Source of the DNA: an uncultured Candidatus Saccharibacteria bacterium
GTDB taxonomy: Bacteria > Patescibacteriota > Minisyncoccia > Phycocordibacterales > JACOZG01
Reading direction: 5' to 3'
Assembly: GCA_964360815.1 (NCBI GenBank)
Contig: CAYHYA010000001.1
Coordinates: 5,574 to 69,573, forward strand
Length of the DNA stretch: 64,000 bases
Part shown: piece by piece, positions 47,391-56,447 of the stretch
Position numbering within the stretch: position 1 is the first letter of the stretch
Layout: each line of letters begins with the position of its first letter
The notes under the pieces: model-generated
What the model saw: the letters and a program-made list of their open reading frames with translations, nothing else
Databases searched by the model: none
What the model was told of the DNA's origin: nothing
Made by a program: the position numbers and the translations under genes

Positions 47391-47465
47391 TGGGGTGCTC
47401 GGAGGGAATCGAACCCTCATTACCGCCTCCACAGGGCGGAGTTTTACCACTAAACTACGAGCACC
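47391..47465 (-). tRNA. tRNA-His (anticodon GTG) with genomically encoded G-1 and 3' CCA
   Basis: Folded by hand: acceptor GUGCUCG/CGAGCAC, extra 5' G pairing with C73, D-stem GUUU/AAAC, anticodon stem CCGCC/GGCGG with loop CUGUGGA, T-stem GAGGG/CCCUC with loop UUCGAUU, and CCA. Confidence 0.85.
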
Positions 47466-47484
47466 ATCTTGATCGTCATCGCCT

Positions 47485-48039
47485 CTACCGATAGTGCGGC
47501 GATTGCTCCTTTATACCAGACCGGTGATTAACCAGTCTAGCGAGCGCGTAGAGTAAGGACGAGAGACGATTAAGATAAGCTAGCGTGGCTTCACCTATTT
47601 TAACCTGTTTTTCTTCACGGGCACGGACTACCCGTCGCTCGGCACGACGAGCGACGGTGCGAGCGTAATCTAACAGTGCCGCCAGTTCCGTGCCGCCAGC
47701 GATGAAAAAAGATTTGATTGGTGGCAATTCGTTCTCGATTTCGTCAATAATTTTCTCGAGCGCGCTGACTTTTTCGGTGACGATCATTTTAGCGGCGCCA
47801 GCCAGTTCGGCCTGAATGATAAAAAGATTGTGTTGAGCTTGTTCGAGAACCTGAACCAGTGCGAGCGACTTCGGTTTAACTTTTACCTTTTGACTTTTAA
47901 CCTTACAGAACCCGAGCAACGAGTTGAGCTCATCCATTGCGCCAAGCGCTTCGGCCACGGCTGAACTTTTCGATAATTTCTGATCACAACCAAAAATCTT
48001 GGTGGTGCCACCATCACCCTTACGGGTATATAAAGCCAT
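47485..48039 (-). CDS. PduO-type ATP:cob(I)alamin adenosyltransferase family protein
   Basis: MALYTRKGDGGTT...ALGAMDELNS corresponds to IYTRTGDKGET...GTVDELNS of Cob_adeno_trans. Confidence 0.6.
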   Translation of the reverse strand: MALYTRKGDGGTTKIFGCDQKLSKSSAVAEALGAMDELNSLLGFCKVKSQKVKVKPKSLALVQVLEQAQHNLFIIQAELAGAAKMIVTEKVSALEKIIDEIENELPPIKSFFIAGGTELAALLDYARTVARRAERRVVRAREEKQVKIGEATLAYLNRLSSLLYALARLVNHRSGIKEQSPHYR

Positions 48040-48153
48040 GACTCCATCATAACGAATCGTTTATTGTTTGACAAATAATCAAAGCGGTGATAGTCATGGG
48101 GCGGTGTTGATTTTAGTTCCTTACAAAAAACCAAGCCCTGAAAGGAGTTCGAG

Positions 48154-49431
48154 ATGATACCGATGCCAAGTATTGACCCGTATCTGTTTGAGAAAATCGA
48201 AGTGGACGGAGTGCCGGTTCACGTTAAAAATTGGCCAAACAACGTTGGTTGCTGCATTAGAATCATTTTTCACGTTGGGGCGCGACACGATCCAAAAGGT
48301 AAAGCTGGTCTAGCCCATCTGTTTGAACATTTACCGTTCAATGGTTGTGCGGATTACCATGACCACCAAACGATCAGCCGAGTAAACGATGACCTCTTTT
48401 ATGGATCCCTAAACGCCCATACCGGTTTTGAACAGACTTGTTTCCACGGCTGGATACCAGATCTGTCCCGAGCAACCGAAGCAATCACCTTCCTCTCTAG
48501 TTTGGTTAACCGTCCGCTCCTTGATAAAGATCAGTTCGCGCGGGAAATTGGTGTAATCGAACAGGAGATCTGGAAAGATTTTGCTAATGGCGCCGATGTT
48601 GAGTTTTGCAAAAGGGTTCGTCGTTTACTCTATGGTGATCATCCATTTAGTGAACAGGCGCGACCTTACGGTTGGCCAGACACGATTAACCAGATAACCA
48701 TAGGAGATTGTCTGGACCATCACAATCAATATTACCATCGAGGAAATTGTGAAATTGTTCTTGTTGGTAACATTACCTCGGAGATGGCTAGGCAATTCCT
48801 TCCTCCCCTCACGGGCGTTATGTCCGAAGGGTTGGGACGGGCGTGGCCGCGGATCTACGAATGTCCAGGCCCCCTAGAGAAAGAGGTGGTGATCTCTCGA
48901 GCTCGTGATCTGGGGCTAGCGAACACTCGGAATGCCCAGATCAGAATTAGCCGTTTGTGTTCAGTGGTGGATTGGTCGGATGCAACCGTCTGGGTAGCCG
49001 GGTCGATCATTAGAGAGCGTCTGTTTGAGATCATCCGCCAAGAAATTGGTGCGACCTATTCACCATCCTTCAATCACCAGAAATATTCAGACCATCAGTT
49101 TGTCACCGGCTTGATCGTGGTTGATCCATCCAGCGTAACCCGGTCCCGCCAAGCCGTCCGAGATTCAATTGACTGGCTTGCGGAAGATTCGTCTGAAGTT
49201 GAAAAATTGTTCAAAGACAAGAGGGCGCGGCGGATTGGCGAGCTGAAGGCGGCCGAACGAACCGCGGCTCAGATTGCCAGAAGCGCAGAGGAGGAGATTG
49301 TTACCACGGGAACTAAGACTTTGTTCCGGGAGATTGAAGAACTTGAACAATTAGGGCGGGAGGAAGTTGTTCGGTTTGCGGCCACCGAGCTGTCTGAAGA
49401 AAGACTGTTCTGGGTGATTGTTGAACCGTAG
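48154..49431 (+). CDS. M16-family (pitrilysin/insulinase-like) zinc metallopeptidase
   Basis: Inverted zincin motif HLFEHLPF (HxxEH) near the N-terminus. Two-domain length. Confidence 0.65.
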   Translation: MIPMPSIDPYLFEKIEVDGVPVHVKNWPNNVGCCIRIIFHVGARHDPKGKAGLAHLFEHLPFNGCADYHDHQTISRVNDDLFYGSLNAHTGFEQTCFHGWIPDLSRATEAITFLSSLVNRPLLDKDQFAREIGVIEQEIWKDFANGADVEFCKRVRRLLYGDHPFSEQARPYGWPDTINQITIGDCLDHHNQYYHRGNCEIVLVGNITSEMARQFLPPLTGVMSEGLGRAWPRIYECPGPLEKEVVISRARDLGLANTRNAQIRISRLCSVVDWSDATVWVAGSIIRERLFEIIRQEIGATYSPSFNHQKYSDHQFVTGLIVVDPSSVTRSRQAVRDSIDWLAEDSSEVEKLFKDKRARRIGELKAAERTAAQIARSAEEEIVTTGTKTLFREIEELEQLGREEVVRFAATELSEERLFWVIVEP

Positions 49432-49511
49432 CCCGTAACCATGGGCACAACCAAAACACCGTTCCGGAATTATCCGGCGCGGTGTTTTTTATTCAAACTA
49501 ATTCAAAACAA

Positions 49512-50054
49512 CTACCGGCTAACGCTGATCGTCTCGCCGTCTTCGGCATCACAGGCCCCAACGGTGATCGAGCCAGTAGAACTACGCGAGATATAGTAAC
49601 CAGTCATGTCATCGAGCGGGTCGGTGTCCCAAGTGGCGGCACCGGCCGGACTAACCGGAATTCGCGGCAAATAACCGTCGGTCACAAGACCAGCGGTGCC
49701 ACTTTCCAAAACCACGCAATTATTGCCATCGTTCACGATCGAACAAGAAGTATTGCAACCAGTGCTTGGCACCGTTGTTTCGTTGTTGCTGATCATAAAG
49801 TTCTCTCCGGCGGCCAAATCGGCAACACTGAAACCGGTCGGCCCATCCAAGTATCGTCCGCCGTTGTCGACTTGGTCAACTTTGATCGCGCTTAAAATCG
49901 CCGTCACGTCCGTCCAGCGTGCGGCATTGCGCGCGTCGGCAAAACGTTGTAGCGGATCAAGCGACACAAACACCACGCCGGCCAAAATGGCGATGATCGC
50001 AATGACGATCAAAAGTTCGATGAGGGTAAAACCTTTTTTCTTAAACATAAACAA
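49512..50054 (-). CDS. Type IV pilin / pseudopilin (prepilin N-terminal methylation domain)
   Basis: KKGFTLIELLIVIAIIAILAGV is a class III signal peptide with the G/F cleavage site and Glu+5. Confidence 0.75.
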   Translation of the reverse strand: MFMFKKKGFTLIELLIVIAIIAILAGVVFVSLDPLQRFADARNAARWTDVTAILSAIKVDQVDNGGRYLDGPTGFSVADLAAGENFMISNNETTVPSTGCNTSCSIVNDGNNCVVLESGTAGLVTDGYLPRIPVSPAGAATWDTDPLDDMTGYYISRSSTGSITVGACDAEDGETISVSR

Positions 50055-50056
50055 AA

Positions 50057-51577
50057 TTATGGGATTATTAATTTTTTAATCGCGTATTGTTTACTGATCC
50101 AACCAATCTCTATTTTATACCATTCACCATCCGTCTCCAAGAGTGGATAATTCTCCTCCGGATAAACCTTGCCCACAACCCCGAAGGTTGGCCCCGGACC
50201 AGCGCGAACGTTTAACCACCCGGTTGGCGTGACCGTGATGACGACCATCTCAACTTCCTCGACTGGCGGCGAAGTGGTGGCCAGCTCCGAAGAGATCGAG
50301 ATGGTGACTGGCGAGATCGCCGAGGGAACAGTTTCGACCGGACTCTCAACTTTCGCCGGCTTGCTTGGCTCAAGGATTTGTCGGTTTTGTCGGAAAAGAT
50401 ACCAACCGCTGCTAACCACTAAAACCAAAAAAACTCCCGTCATGGCCACCCTAAGTCCGTAGCGCGAACCACTTCGGTCGTGCTGACCGTCCAACCGGAA
50501 ATTTAGCTCTTCGCCACTACGCCAGCGCGATGAACTAAATTCTTTAAGCGCTAATCCAATCGCCTCAAGATAAACGAGCGGTTGATTGAGAAAAAACGAG
50601 TGCGCCAAATTAACTGGTAACTCCAAATTAGATTTAAGGTAGTCACTCAAACCCCGCAAATGGCTACCGCCGCCGGCCAGAAAAAGTGAATCAACCTTAC
50701 GCCCCGACCATTGTTCGTAGTAGTCGAGAGTCACCTTCAGTTCGTCGCGCAAGACCACCAAATTCTTGAGCAAAACGGTGAAAACTTGATGGTCGGGATT
50801 AGTTAAACCGATCTCCTTCTTCATTTCTTCGGCTTCGCTTGAGGTGATTTTTAAGTTTTTAACCAGGTCGGTGGTCAACATTTCCGCGCCGTAATTCAAA
50901 ATTCGCGAATAACGCAGGCCGCCGCGCTCAAAAATCGCCACATGGGTGGAGACCGCTCCGAAATCAACCACGGCAAGTGGGCCGGCGGGTGAACCATTAA
51001 TCGAGGCCTCGGCTGGCGCGACGCTCCGAAACAGCGCGCTCGTTTCAAGATCAAATTCAACCGCCCAACCAAACGACTGGAAAAATTTTTGCCACCGTTC
51101 AAGAAACGAGCGGCTAACCGCCGCTAAAAGAAAATTGTCGCCACTCAAACGCTTGTAAGTAACCACAAGATCGTCGGCCTCGATCGGGACATTCTCCTTC
51201 GCTTCGCGCAAAACGCGCGCCCGCCACTCTTCGGCGGTGTGGGGTTGTTGTTCAGCTGGGCAAACAAAGGCGTGGAGAAAAACTTGCGTCTCGGGCAAGC
51301 CGAAATAAAGGCGGCGCGGGGTGATTGGTTCAGGTTTGGCTAATTCCAAAACACTTTTGACCGCGGCGGCCAAGCGAACTTCGTCTTTAATCACTCCCCG
51401 CTCAACCACACCGGCGGGCAAAACTTGTCGACCGAGGGCCGTCACCTCAAGCTGACGGCCTCGTCGAACAATTTCAGCCACCTCAATACTTCGATCGGCC
51501 ACATCGAGACCAACCGCCGCTTTAGAAAAAAAGTTTAAGCGCCACATGTTAAAAATTATTCCGCTGGCTCGGACCAA
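50057..51577 (-). CDS. pilM: PilM-like actin-fold pilus assembly ATPase fused to a PilN-like TM segment and a C-terminal SH3b-like domain
   Basis: N-terminal ~330 aa resemble PilM (GLDVADRSIEVAEI...). A TM helix at ~aa 370 (VFLVLVVSSGWYLF). C-terminus GWLNVRAGPGPTFGVVGKVYPEENYPLLETDGEWYKI is SH3b-like. Confidence 0.6.
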   Translation of the reverse strand: MVRASGIIFNMWRLNFFSKAAVGLDVADRSIEVAEIVRRGRQLEVTALGRQVLPAGVVERGVIKDEVRLAAAVKSVLELAKPEPITPRRLYFGLPETQVFLHAFVCPAEQQPHTAEEWRARVLREAKENVPIEADDLVVTYKRLSGDNFLLAAVSRSFLERWQKFFQSFGWAVEFDLETSALFRSVAPAEASINGSPAGPLAVVDFGAVSTHVAIFERGGLRYSRILNYGAEMLTTDLVKNLKITSSEAEEMKKEIGLTNPDHQVFTVLLKNLVVLRDELKVTLDYYEQWSGRKVDSLFLAGGGSHLRGLSDYLKSNLELPVNLAHSFFLNQPLVYLEAIGLALKEFSSSRWRSGEELNFRLDGQHDRSGSRYGLRVAMTGVFLVLVVSSGWYLFRQNRQILEPSKPAKVESPVETVPSAISPVTISISSELATTSPPVEEVEMVVITVTPTGWLNVRAGPGPTFGVVGKVYPEENYPLLETDGEWYKIEIGWISKQYAIKKLIIP

Positions 51578-51963
51578 CGTCGCACCTCAACCGTTCGTTC
51601 GCCCAAACCAACCGTCACGACAACCGTTTTGGTGAAGGCGGCGAGTTGACCGGTTACCGTCACCACTCTTTGTTGTCCACCCGAGTTAACAACTTCTATT
51701 ATACACGAACCAGTAAGTAGCGGCAGGCCGGGCGCGGGCTGGCCCAGATAGTTTTGGTCTAGCCGCAAACGTTCGAGGGCCTCCTCAACACAGCCGTCCG
51801 CGAGCGCCCCGGCGCGCGCCGCGCCGATCAAATAACCAAAATCAAGCGCGCCCAAACCGAGCAACGAGGCGTTGAGCGATAAGATAAGAGCCGTGGCACC
51901 AATCACCACAATGGCCACCAGCGCCAAGAAGCCGCGTTGATTATTTTTTGCTTGTTTAATCAT
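51556..51963 (-). CDS. Minor pseudopilin-like protein (GspK/PilX-like N-terminal anchor)
   Basis: RGFLALVAIVVIGATALILSL is an N-terminal hydrophobic anchor. It lies in the pilus operon. Confidence 0.4.
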   Translation of the reverse strand: MIKQAKNNQRGFLALVAIVVIGATALILSLNASLLGLGALDFGYLIGAARAGALADGCVEEALERLRLDQNYLGQPAPGLPLLTGSCIIEVVNSGGQQRVVTVTGQLAAFTKTVVVTVGLGERTVEVRRWSEPAE

Positions 51964-52457
51964 TGACGCAAACTAATCACCGTTCTAACTTCGATTTCGT
52001 AAGCAAAATCGGCTGACGCGGGCTCACGATAACGAAGCGTAAAACTAGCGCGTAGATTATCTCGAGCGTCGTTGGGCTCGGCTAAATTAGTAAAAAGCAG
52101 GTTGGTCAGTTCAACGGCCCCGCCGGAAACTTGAACGGCGGCTTGACCAGCCGTGGTTAACCATAAGACTCCGTCGAGTAATTCAAATTTCCGACCTGGT
52201 TCCGGGCTGGGACGAGTCAATTCCAGCACAGTGGCCGCGCTACCCGCCGGCGGATTAACGATGGCCGTGGCGGCGCGCACTTCTCTGGCAATGATCGAGG
52301 TAACGATTTGCGCGTTCGCCTCGACTTCAACTGCGACATAATTCTTGTCCCGCACCGCACCAAGAGAAAGTATCCAAATCACCAAACTCGTCAACACCAA
52401 ACTGACGAGTGTGAGGTAAATTACAAATTCGACCAAAGTAAAACCTTTTTTCATCAT
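51960..52457 (-). CDS. Prepilin-type pseudopilin
   Basis: MMKKGFTLVEFVIYLTLVSLVL is a class III signal. Confidence 0.6.
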   Translation of the reverse strand: MMKKGFTLVEFVIYLTLVSLVLTSLVIWILSLGAVRDKNYVAVEVEANAQIVTSIIAREVRAATAIVNPPAGSAATVLELTRPSPEPGRKFELLDGVLWLTTAGQAAVQVSGGAVELTNLLFTNLAEPNDARDNLRASFTLRYREPASADFAYEIEVRTVISLRQ

Positions 52458-54295
52458 TTGTAATTTATTCTGACCGCTCCAACCACGGGCGTGGTGTTGC
52501 CGTCACCGGTTAAAAAGACGCGATATTGTAACCACTGGTTGCCGTTATAACTCTGATCAACCAGCGCGCCGCGCGCGACCGTAAAATCTGGCGACCAAAC
52601 CGCCGCGGCGAGACCGGCTTGGCTTGAAGCAACACGAATTTGAAAACGCACGGTGCAGGTCGGACTACAAGCGGGCAAAACTTCATCCCAACCAATCAGT
52701 TGAATTGGTGACGGGTTGCCGAGATCAAAGGCCGAAGATATCAGTTCGCCGGCCGTCTCATAACCACCGCCGGTCAAGCGTAAAATTACGCCGTTGTTAC
52801 CGACCGCCCAACCAGCGCCAACCGAAGGCAAGACCAAACCATTAAGCGTTCGAATTGTGCCGGTGAGCAAATCGTTCCAATTCGTGCCGTCAAATTGACG
52901 ACTCGTGCCATTTGAACCAACCACCAAACCACTAAGTCCGACCGAACCCTCAACTTCATTCCAGGTTTGACCGCCAGTCGAGTAAACGGTATTCCAGTTG
53001 CCGCCGTTCCAACGTCTGATTTGGCCATTCGTGCCGGCGACCCAACCATCGTTCGCGGTGAGCAGGAAAACGCTGTTCCAGGTGACACTGCCGAAGTTGA
53101 TAAAAGAATTCCAACTTGCGCCGTTCCAACGAACGATCGCGCCACTGCCACCAACCGCCCAACAATCATTAGGACTCACACACCAGACGCTGTTTAGGTT
53201 GACGTTCGGCGCGGTCGGAGCTGGCCCGATTCGCGACCAAGCACTACCGTTCCAGTGAAGCGTGAGTGGGCCGCCCGAGCGAATCCCGACCACCCAACAA
53301 TCGTTATTGGTTAGGCAAAAAATACTGTTCAAGCCAACATCGGGAATGGCCGCGACCGGATTGAACCGGGTCCAACCAGTGCCGCCAGTATTCCGAATAA
53401 TCAATTCACCGCCACTCGCGTTGCCAACGGCCAAGCAGTCGCCGGCGCTCACGCAAAAAACACTGTTCAGGTTAACATTCGGAATGCTCGCCGACGGGCT
53501 GACTCGTGACCAAGCGCTACCGTTCCAGTGTAAAATCATTTCGCCCTGGTTCGCCACCGGCCCACCGGTAATGGCATTACCGACCGCGAAGCAATCGTTA
53601 GCACTTCGGCAATGAACATCGTTCAGGGTTTGCGTGGTTGGAGAAATTTCGTTAACCCAAACCAACGGCCGAGAGCGCAACTTCAGTTCCCCGCCGGTCT
53701 GGTCTAACCGACCGTCATCACTTAAATAGCGCGTTGGATCAGACCAACTGACCTGTCCGGCGCCGCCCGACCAGTCGGTTTGCACCCAGTCATTCGAATC
53801 CCAGTTAGTGAAGAGGGTGGCCCGCTCGACTTCGTTGTTCGCCCCCGAAGCCGCCGACCAACTAACCATCACTCGAGCGGTCTGACTCTCAAGGTCAATG
53901 GTGCCGGCGGGACAAACAACGATGGCGCGAGTAGCGTCACGACACACTGGAGCGAAAGAAGTGGTGCGAGTAAATTGACCAACTGTTTCCGTGGTCCCCT
54001 CGCCCAAGAAACGCCATTGCCCGCTCGTCGAGGTGGCGACACTTTGCGTAAAAACTAATTCGTTCCACGCACCATCGCGAATCGAGCGCACTGCCTCGAG
54101 ACCCTCATCGGCTAAAGCCGCGGCGGCAAGATAGTCGCCGCCTTGAATTAAAGAAGTGAAACCGCCAAGCGTTAACGACACCATCACCGCGGCGAGCAAA
54201 GCGAAAATCGCCAAGGCGATAATCACCTCCATTAAGCTTTGGCCGCGGCGGCCAAAATTCGGAAAATTAATTTTCTTCAACCAAGCCAAGTTCAT
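52454..54295 (-). CDS. Large minor pilin with prepilin N-terminus and ~6 beta-propeller-like repeats; putative pilus-tip adhesin
   Basis: GQSLMEVIIALAIFALLAAV prepilin signal. Repeats of WNGSAW/WNGASW...N.LNSV.C....DC.AVG are YCF48/BNR-like propeller blades. Confidence 0.55.
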   Translation of the reverse strand: MNLAWLKKINFPNFGRRGQSLMEVIIALAIFALLAAVMVSLTLGGFTSLIQGGDYLAAAALADEGLEAVRSIRDGAWNELVFTQSVATSTSGQWRFLGEGTTETVGQFTRTTSFAPVCRDATRAIVVCPAGTIDLESQTARVMVSWSAASGANNEVERATLFTNWDSNDWVQTDWSGGAGQVSWSDPTRYLSDDGRLDQTGGELKLRSRPLVWVNEISPTTQTLNDVHCRSANDCFAVGNAITGGPVANQGEMILHWNGSAWSRVSPSASIPNVNLNSVFCVSAGDCLAVGNASGGELIIRNTGGTGWTRFNPVAAIPDVGLNSIFCLTNNDCWVVGIRSGGPLTLHWNGSAWSRIGPAPTAPNVNLNSVWCVSPNDCWAVGGSGAIVRWNGASWNSFINFGSVTWNSVFLLTANDGWVAGTNGQIRRWNGGNWNTVYSTGGQTWNEVEGSVGLSGLVVGSNGTSRQFDGTNWNDLLTGTIRTLNGLVLPSVGAGWAVGNNGVILRLTGGGYETAGELISSAFDLGNPSPIQLIGWDEVLPACSPTCTVRFQIRVASSQAGLAAAVWSPDFTVARGALVDQSYNGNQWLQYRVFLTGDGNTTPVVGAVRINYK

Positions 54296-54719
54296 TGATC
54301 GTGATCATCCTCTGACCGCTCGCTTCGTGATCCAAGGTGACGCTACCGGCGGCGAGCGGCGCGCCGAGAGAATTAAAATTGAGGTCGTTAGCTAGCAAAG
54401 TTGTCGAGACGCGAAGCGCTGGCGGCAAATCAACGATGCGATCGTATTCAACAATTCGACCGGTGCAGTCAACCCCTTGATAAAGAATGTAGCGATCGGC
54501 TGGCGGACTGGCTTCAAAACAAACGCCGTGATGAGCGGCGTTCAAGCCAACCACACTCCGTTCGCGCGCCAAACGCATGGTTTGGACGAGCTGGCTCGTT
54601 TCTTCGTTCAACTGTGTTGTCACCGCTAAGTTGCCGTAAAGCGGTAACACCGTCACTCCGACCAACAAAAAAATTGCCAACACTAAAAGCAGTTCGACCA
54701 AAGTAAACCCCGCGCTCAT
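54267..54719 (-). CDS. Prepilin-type pseudopilin (GspH/FimT-like)
   Basis: MSAGFTLVELLLVLAIFLLVG is a class III signal. Confidence 0.6.
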   Translation of the reverse strand: MSAGFTLVELLLVLAIFLLVGVTVLPLYGNLAVTTQLNEETSQLVQTMRLARERSVVGLNAAHHGVCFEASPPADRYILYQGVDCTGRIVEYDRIVDLPPALRVSTTLLANDLNFNSLGAPLAAGSVTLDHEASGQRMITINELGLVEEN

Positions 54720-54756
54720 GGGGTAAGTATAATCTAAATTGGTGATTTAATTAAAA

Positions 54757-55326
54757 TTACGGGAGAAACTGAAGCAGGAACCATTGTCTCGACGTGTCAG
54801 AGGAAAAAACCGAGATAACCTGATAGGTTAATGTATCATCAAAAAACGTGTCCACCATGTTGGTTGGGATATTATCTATGTTTTCTACTGTACCCATCAG
54901 AGCAACCTTGTAATCTCGACCCTGCGAATCTGTTTTGTACCAGTAACCCAAATCCGGATTACTGGATGGACCAGAGGGGTCAGCGGGTCTGGGGTCTAGA
55001 TATTGAGATATCGCCGCTAGTTTATTGGGGTCATGGTAATCGTTGTTCGTGGTGGGGCAATCCCAACAATCAAGTCCGGCTGACGTTATTTCGGTTCCGC
55101 CAATAAAAATATCATCTGGATAACGACCATAATCTGTCTTATACAACTCCAACGCGTTTCTTAATTGAATTAAGTCCTGCACACGTTTTGAGTCGCGGGC
55201 TTTGGCCCGGGCTTGGGCGAGGGAAGCAAACACAATGCTCGACAAAAGGGAGATAATCGCGATGACGACTAAAATTTCGATCAGCGTGAACCCCCCCCTC
55301 TTTTCTGTTCGTTCTGTGTTCTTCAT
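54757..55326 (-). CDS. pilA: Type IV major pilin (PilA/GspG-like)
   Basis: RGGFTLIEILVVIAIISLLSSIVFASLAQARAKARDSKRVQDL matches the GspG/PilA consensus. The leader contains a G8 tract. Confidence 0.7.
   Translation of the reverse strand: MKNTERTEKRGGFTLIEILVVIAIISLLSSIVFASLAQARAKARDSKRVQDLIQLRNALELYKTDYGRYPDDIFIGGTEITSAGLDCWDCPTTNNDYHDPNKLAAISQYLDPRPADPSGPSSNPDLGYWYKTDSQGRDYKVALMGTVENIDNIPTNMVDTFFDDTLTYQVISVFSSDTSRQWFLLQFLP
55291..55298. repeat. Homopolymeric C8 (G8 on the coding strand) in the prepilin leader of the major pilin gene, immediately before the G/F cleavage site
   Basis: Read directly: gtgaacccccccctctt. The minus strand agGGGGGGGGttc encodes RGGF. Confidence 0.8.
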
Positions 55327-55364
55327 TTTACACTTTAGATCGTAGCAGTTTTTGTTTGTCCTGA

Positions 55365-56441
55365 CTATCGCCTAATATTGCCCGTGATTTGGTAGATCGG
55401 CGTGATGATCGAAAGGGCCAGACCGGCGACGACAAAGCCGATCAAGAGCAATAGGATTGGCTCAAGAATGGTGGACAAAGATTTGGTGGTGGCGTCAACT
55501 TCGTCCTCATAGAAATCGGCGAGATAGAAAAAGGTGTCCTCAAAGCGTCCCGAGACTTCGCCAACTCGAACCATTCGGGCAAACAGGCGCGGGAAAAGTT
55601 TGGGAAACCGTTCCAACCCGTCCGAGAGCTTCAGGCCCCGACCGACCTCGCTCGTCACCTCGCGCAAGGCGCGACGGTAATAAAAATTGTTTAAAGTTTT
55701 TTCGGTAATCGTTAGGGCCTCGTCAATATTGATGCCACTTTTCAATAGCAAGCCAAGCGAACTGGCCGTGCGCGCTAAATTAAGGTTACTGGCAAGACGC
55801 CCCGAGCCAGGCGAACGCAAAATTAACCAATGGGTCAGCGGGGCCATAAAACCCTGATGGAGTAGCCAGCGCAGAAATGCGACAACCACAATGAACCCGA
55901 CAAGGAAGATGAGTCCGCGGCGATCAACGAAGTCGGCCAACCAAATCAGCCAACGCGTGGTGAACGGCAGATCAATTTTCAAACCCCGAAAGAGCGGGGT
56001 GATCTTCGGCAGGATAAAGAAGGCGATCGTTAAACCAAGACCGATCGTTGAAACTAGCACGATGGCCGGATAAATCATCGCGCCCCTAACCTTCGATAAC
56101 AGATTGCGCTCTTTTTCCAATTCGCGGGCGAGGTTGGCCAAATTGGTCGCCAGATTACCGGAACGCTCCCCCGCATAAACCGCGCTGACGAAAATGCCGG
56201 AAAAAATTCTGGGAAAGACGGTGAGGGCCTCGGCGAACGATGATCCCGACTCGACGGAACGCTCGACGCGAGTGAGCGTCCGCCGCAGGGCGCCAGTGGC
56301 AGAATCAATAGACACGGCGAGCGCTTCGGTTAGAGTTAAGCCGGCCCCGAGCATCACTGATAAGTGTTTGGCGAAAAGGGCTTTCTGGGTTAAGTTGACG
56401 CCGCCCCAACTGATTTCTTTTTTTAACCAACCGTTAGACAT
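55365..56441 (-). CDS. pilC: Type IV pilus / T2SS inner-membrane platform protein (GspF/PilC family)
   Basis: Two repeated GspF domains, 3 TM segments, 358 aa. Confidence 0.75.
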   Translation of the reverse strand: MSNGWLKKEISWGGVNLTQKALFAKHLSVMLGAGLTLTEALAVSIDSATGALRRTLTRVERSVESGSSFAEALTVFPRIFSGIFVSAVYAGERSGNLATNLANLARELEKERNLLSKVRGAMIYPAIVLVSTIGLGLTIAFFILPKITPLFRGLKIDLPFTTRWLIWLADFVDRRGLIFLVGFIVVVAFLRWLLHQGFMAPLTHWLILRSPGSGRLASNLNLARTASSLGLLLKSGINIDEALTITEKTLNNFYYRRALREVTSEVGRGLKLSDGLERFPKLFPRLFARMVRVGEVSGRFEDTFFYLADFYEDEVDATTKSLSTILEPILLLLIGFVVAGLALSIITPIYQITGNIRR

Positions 56442-56447
56442 ACCAGT

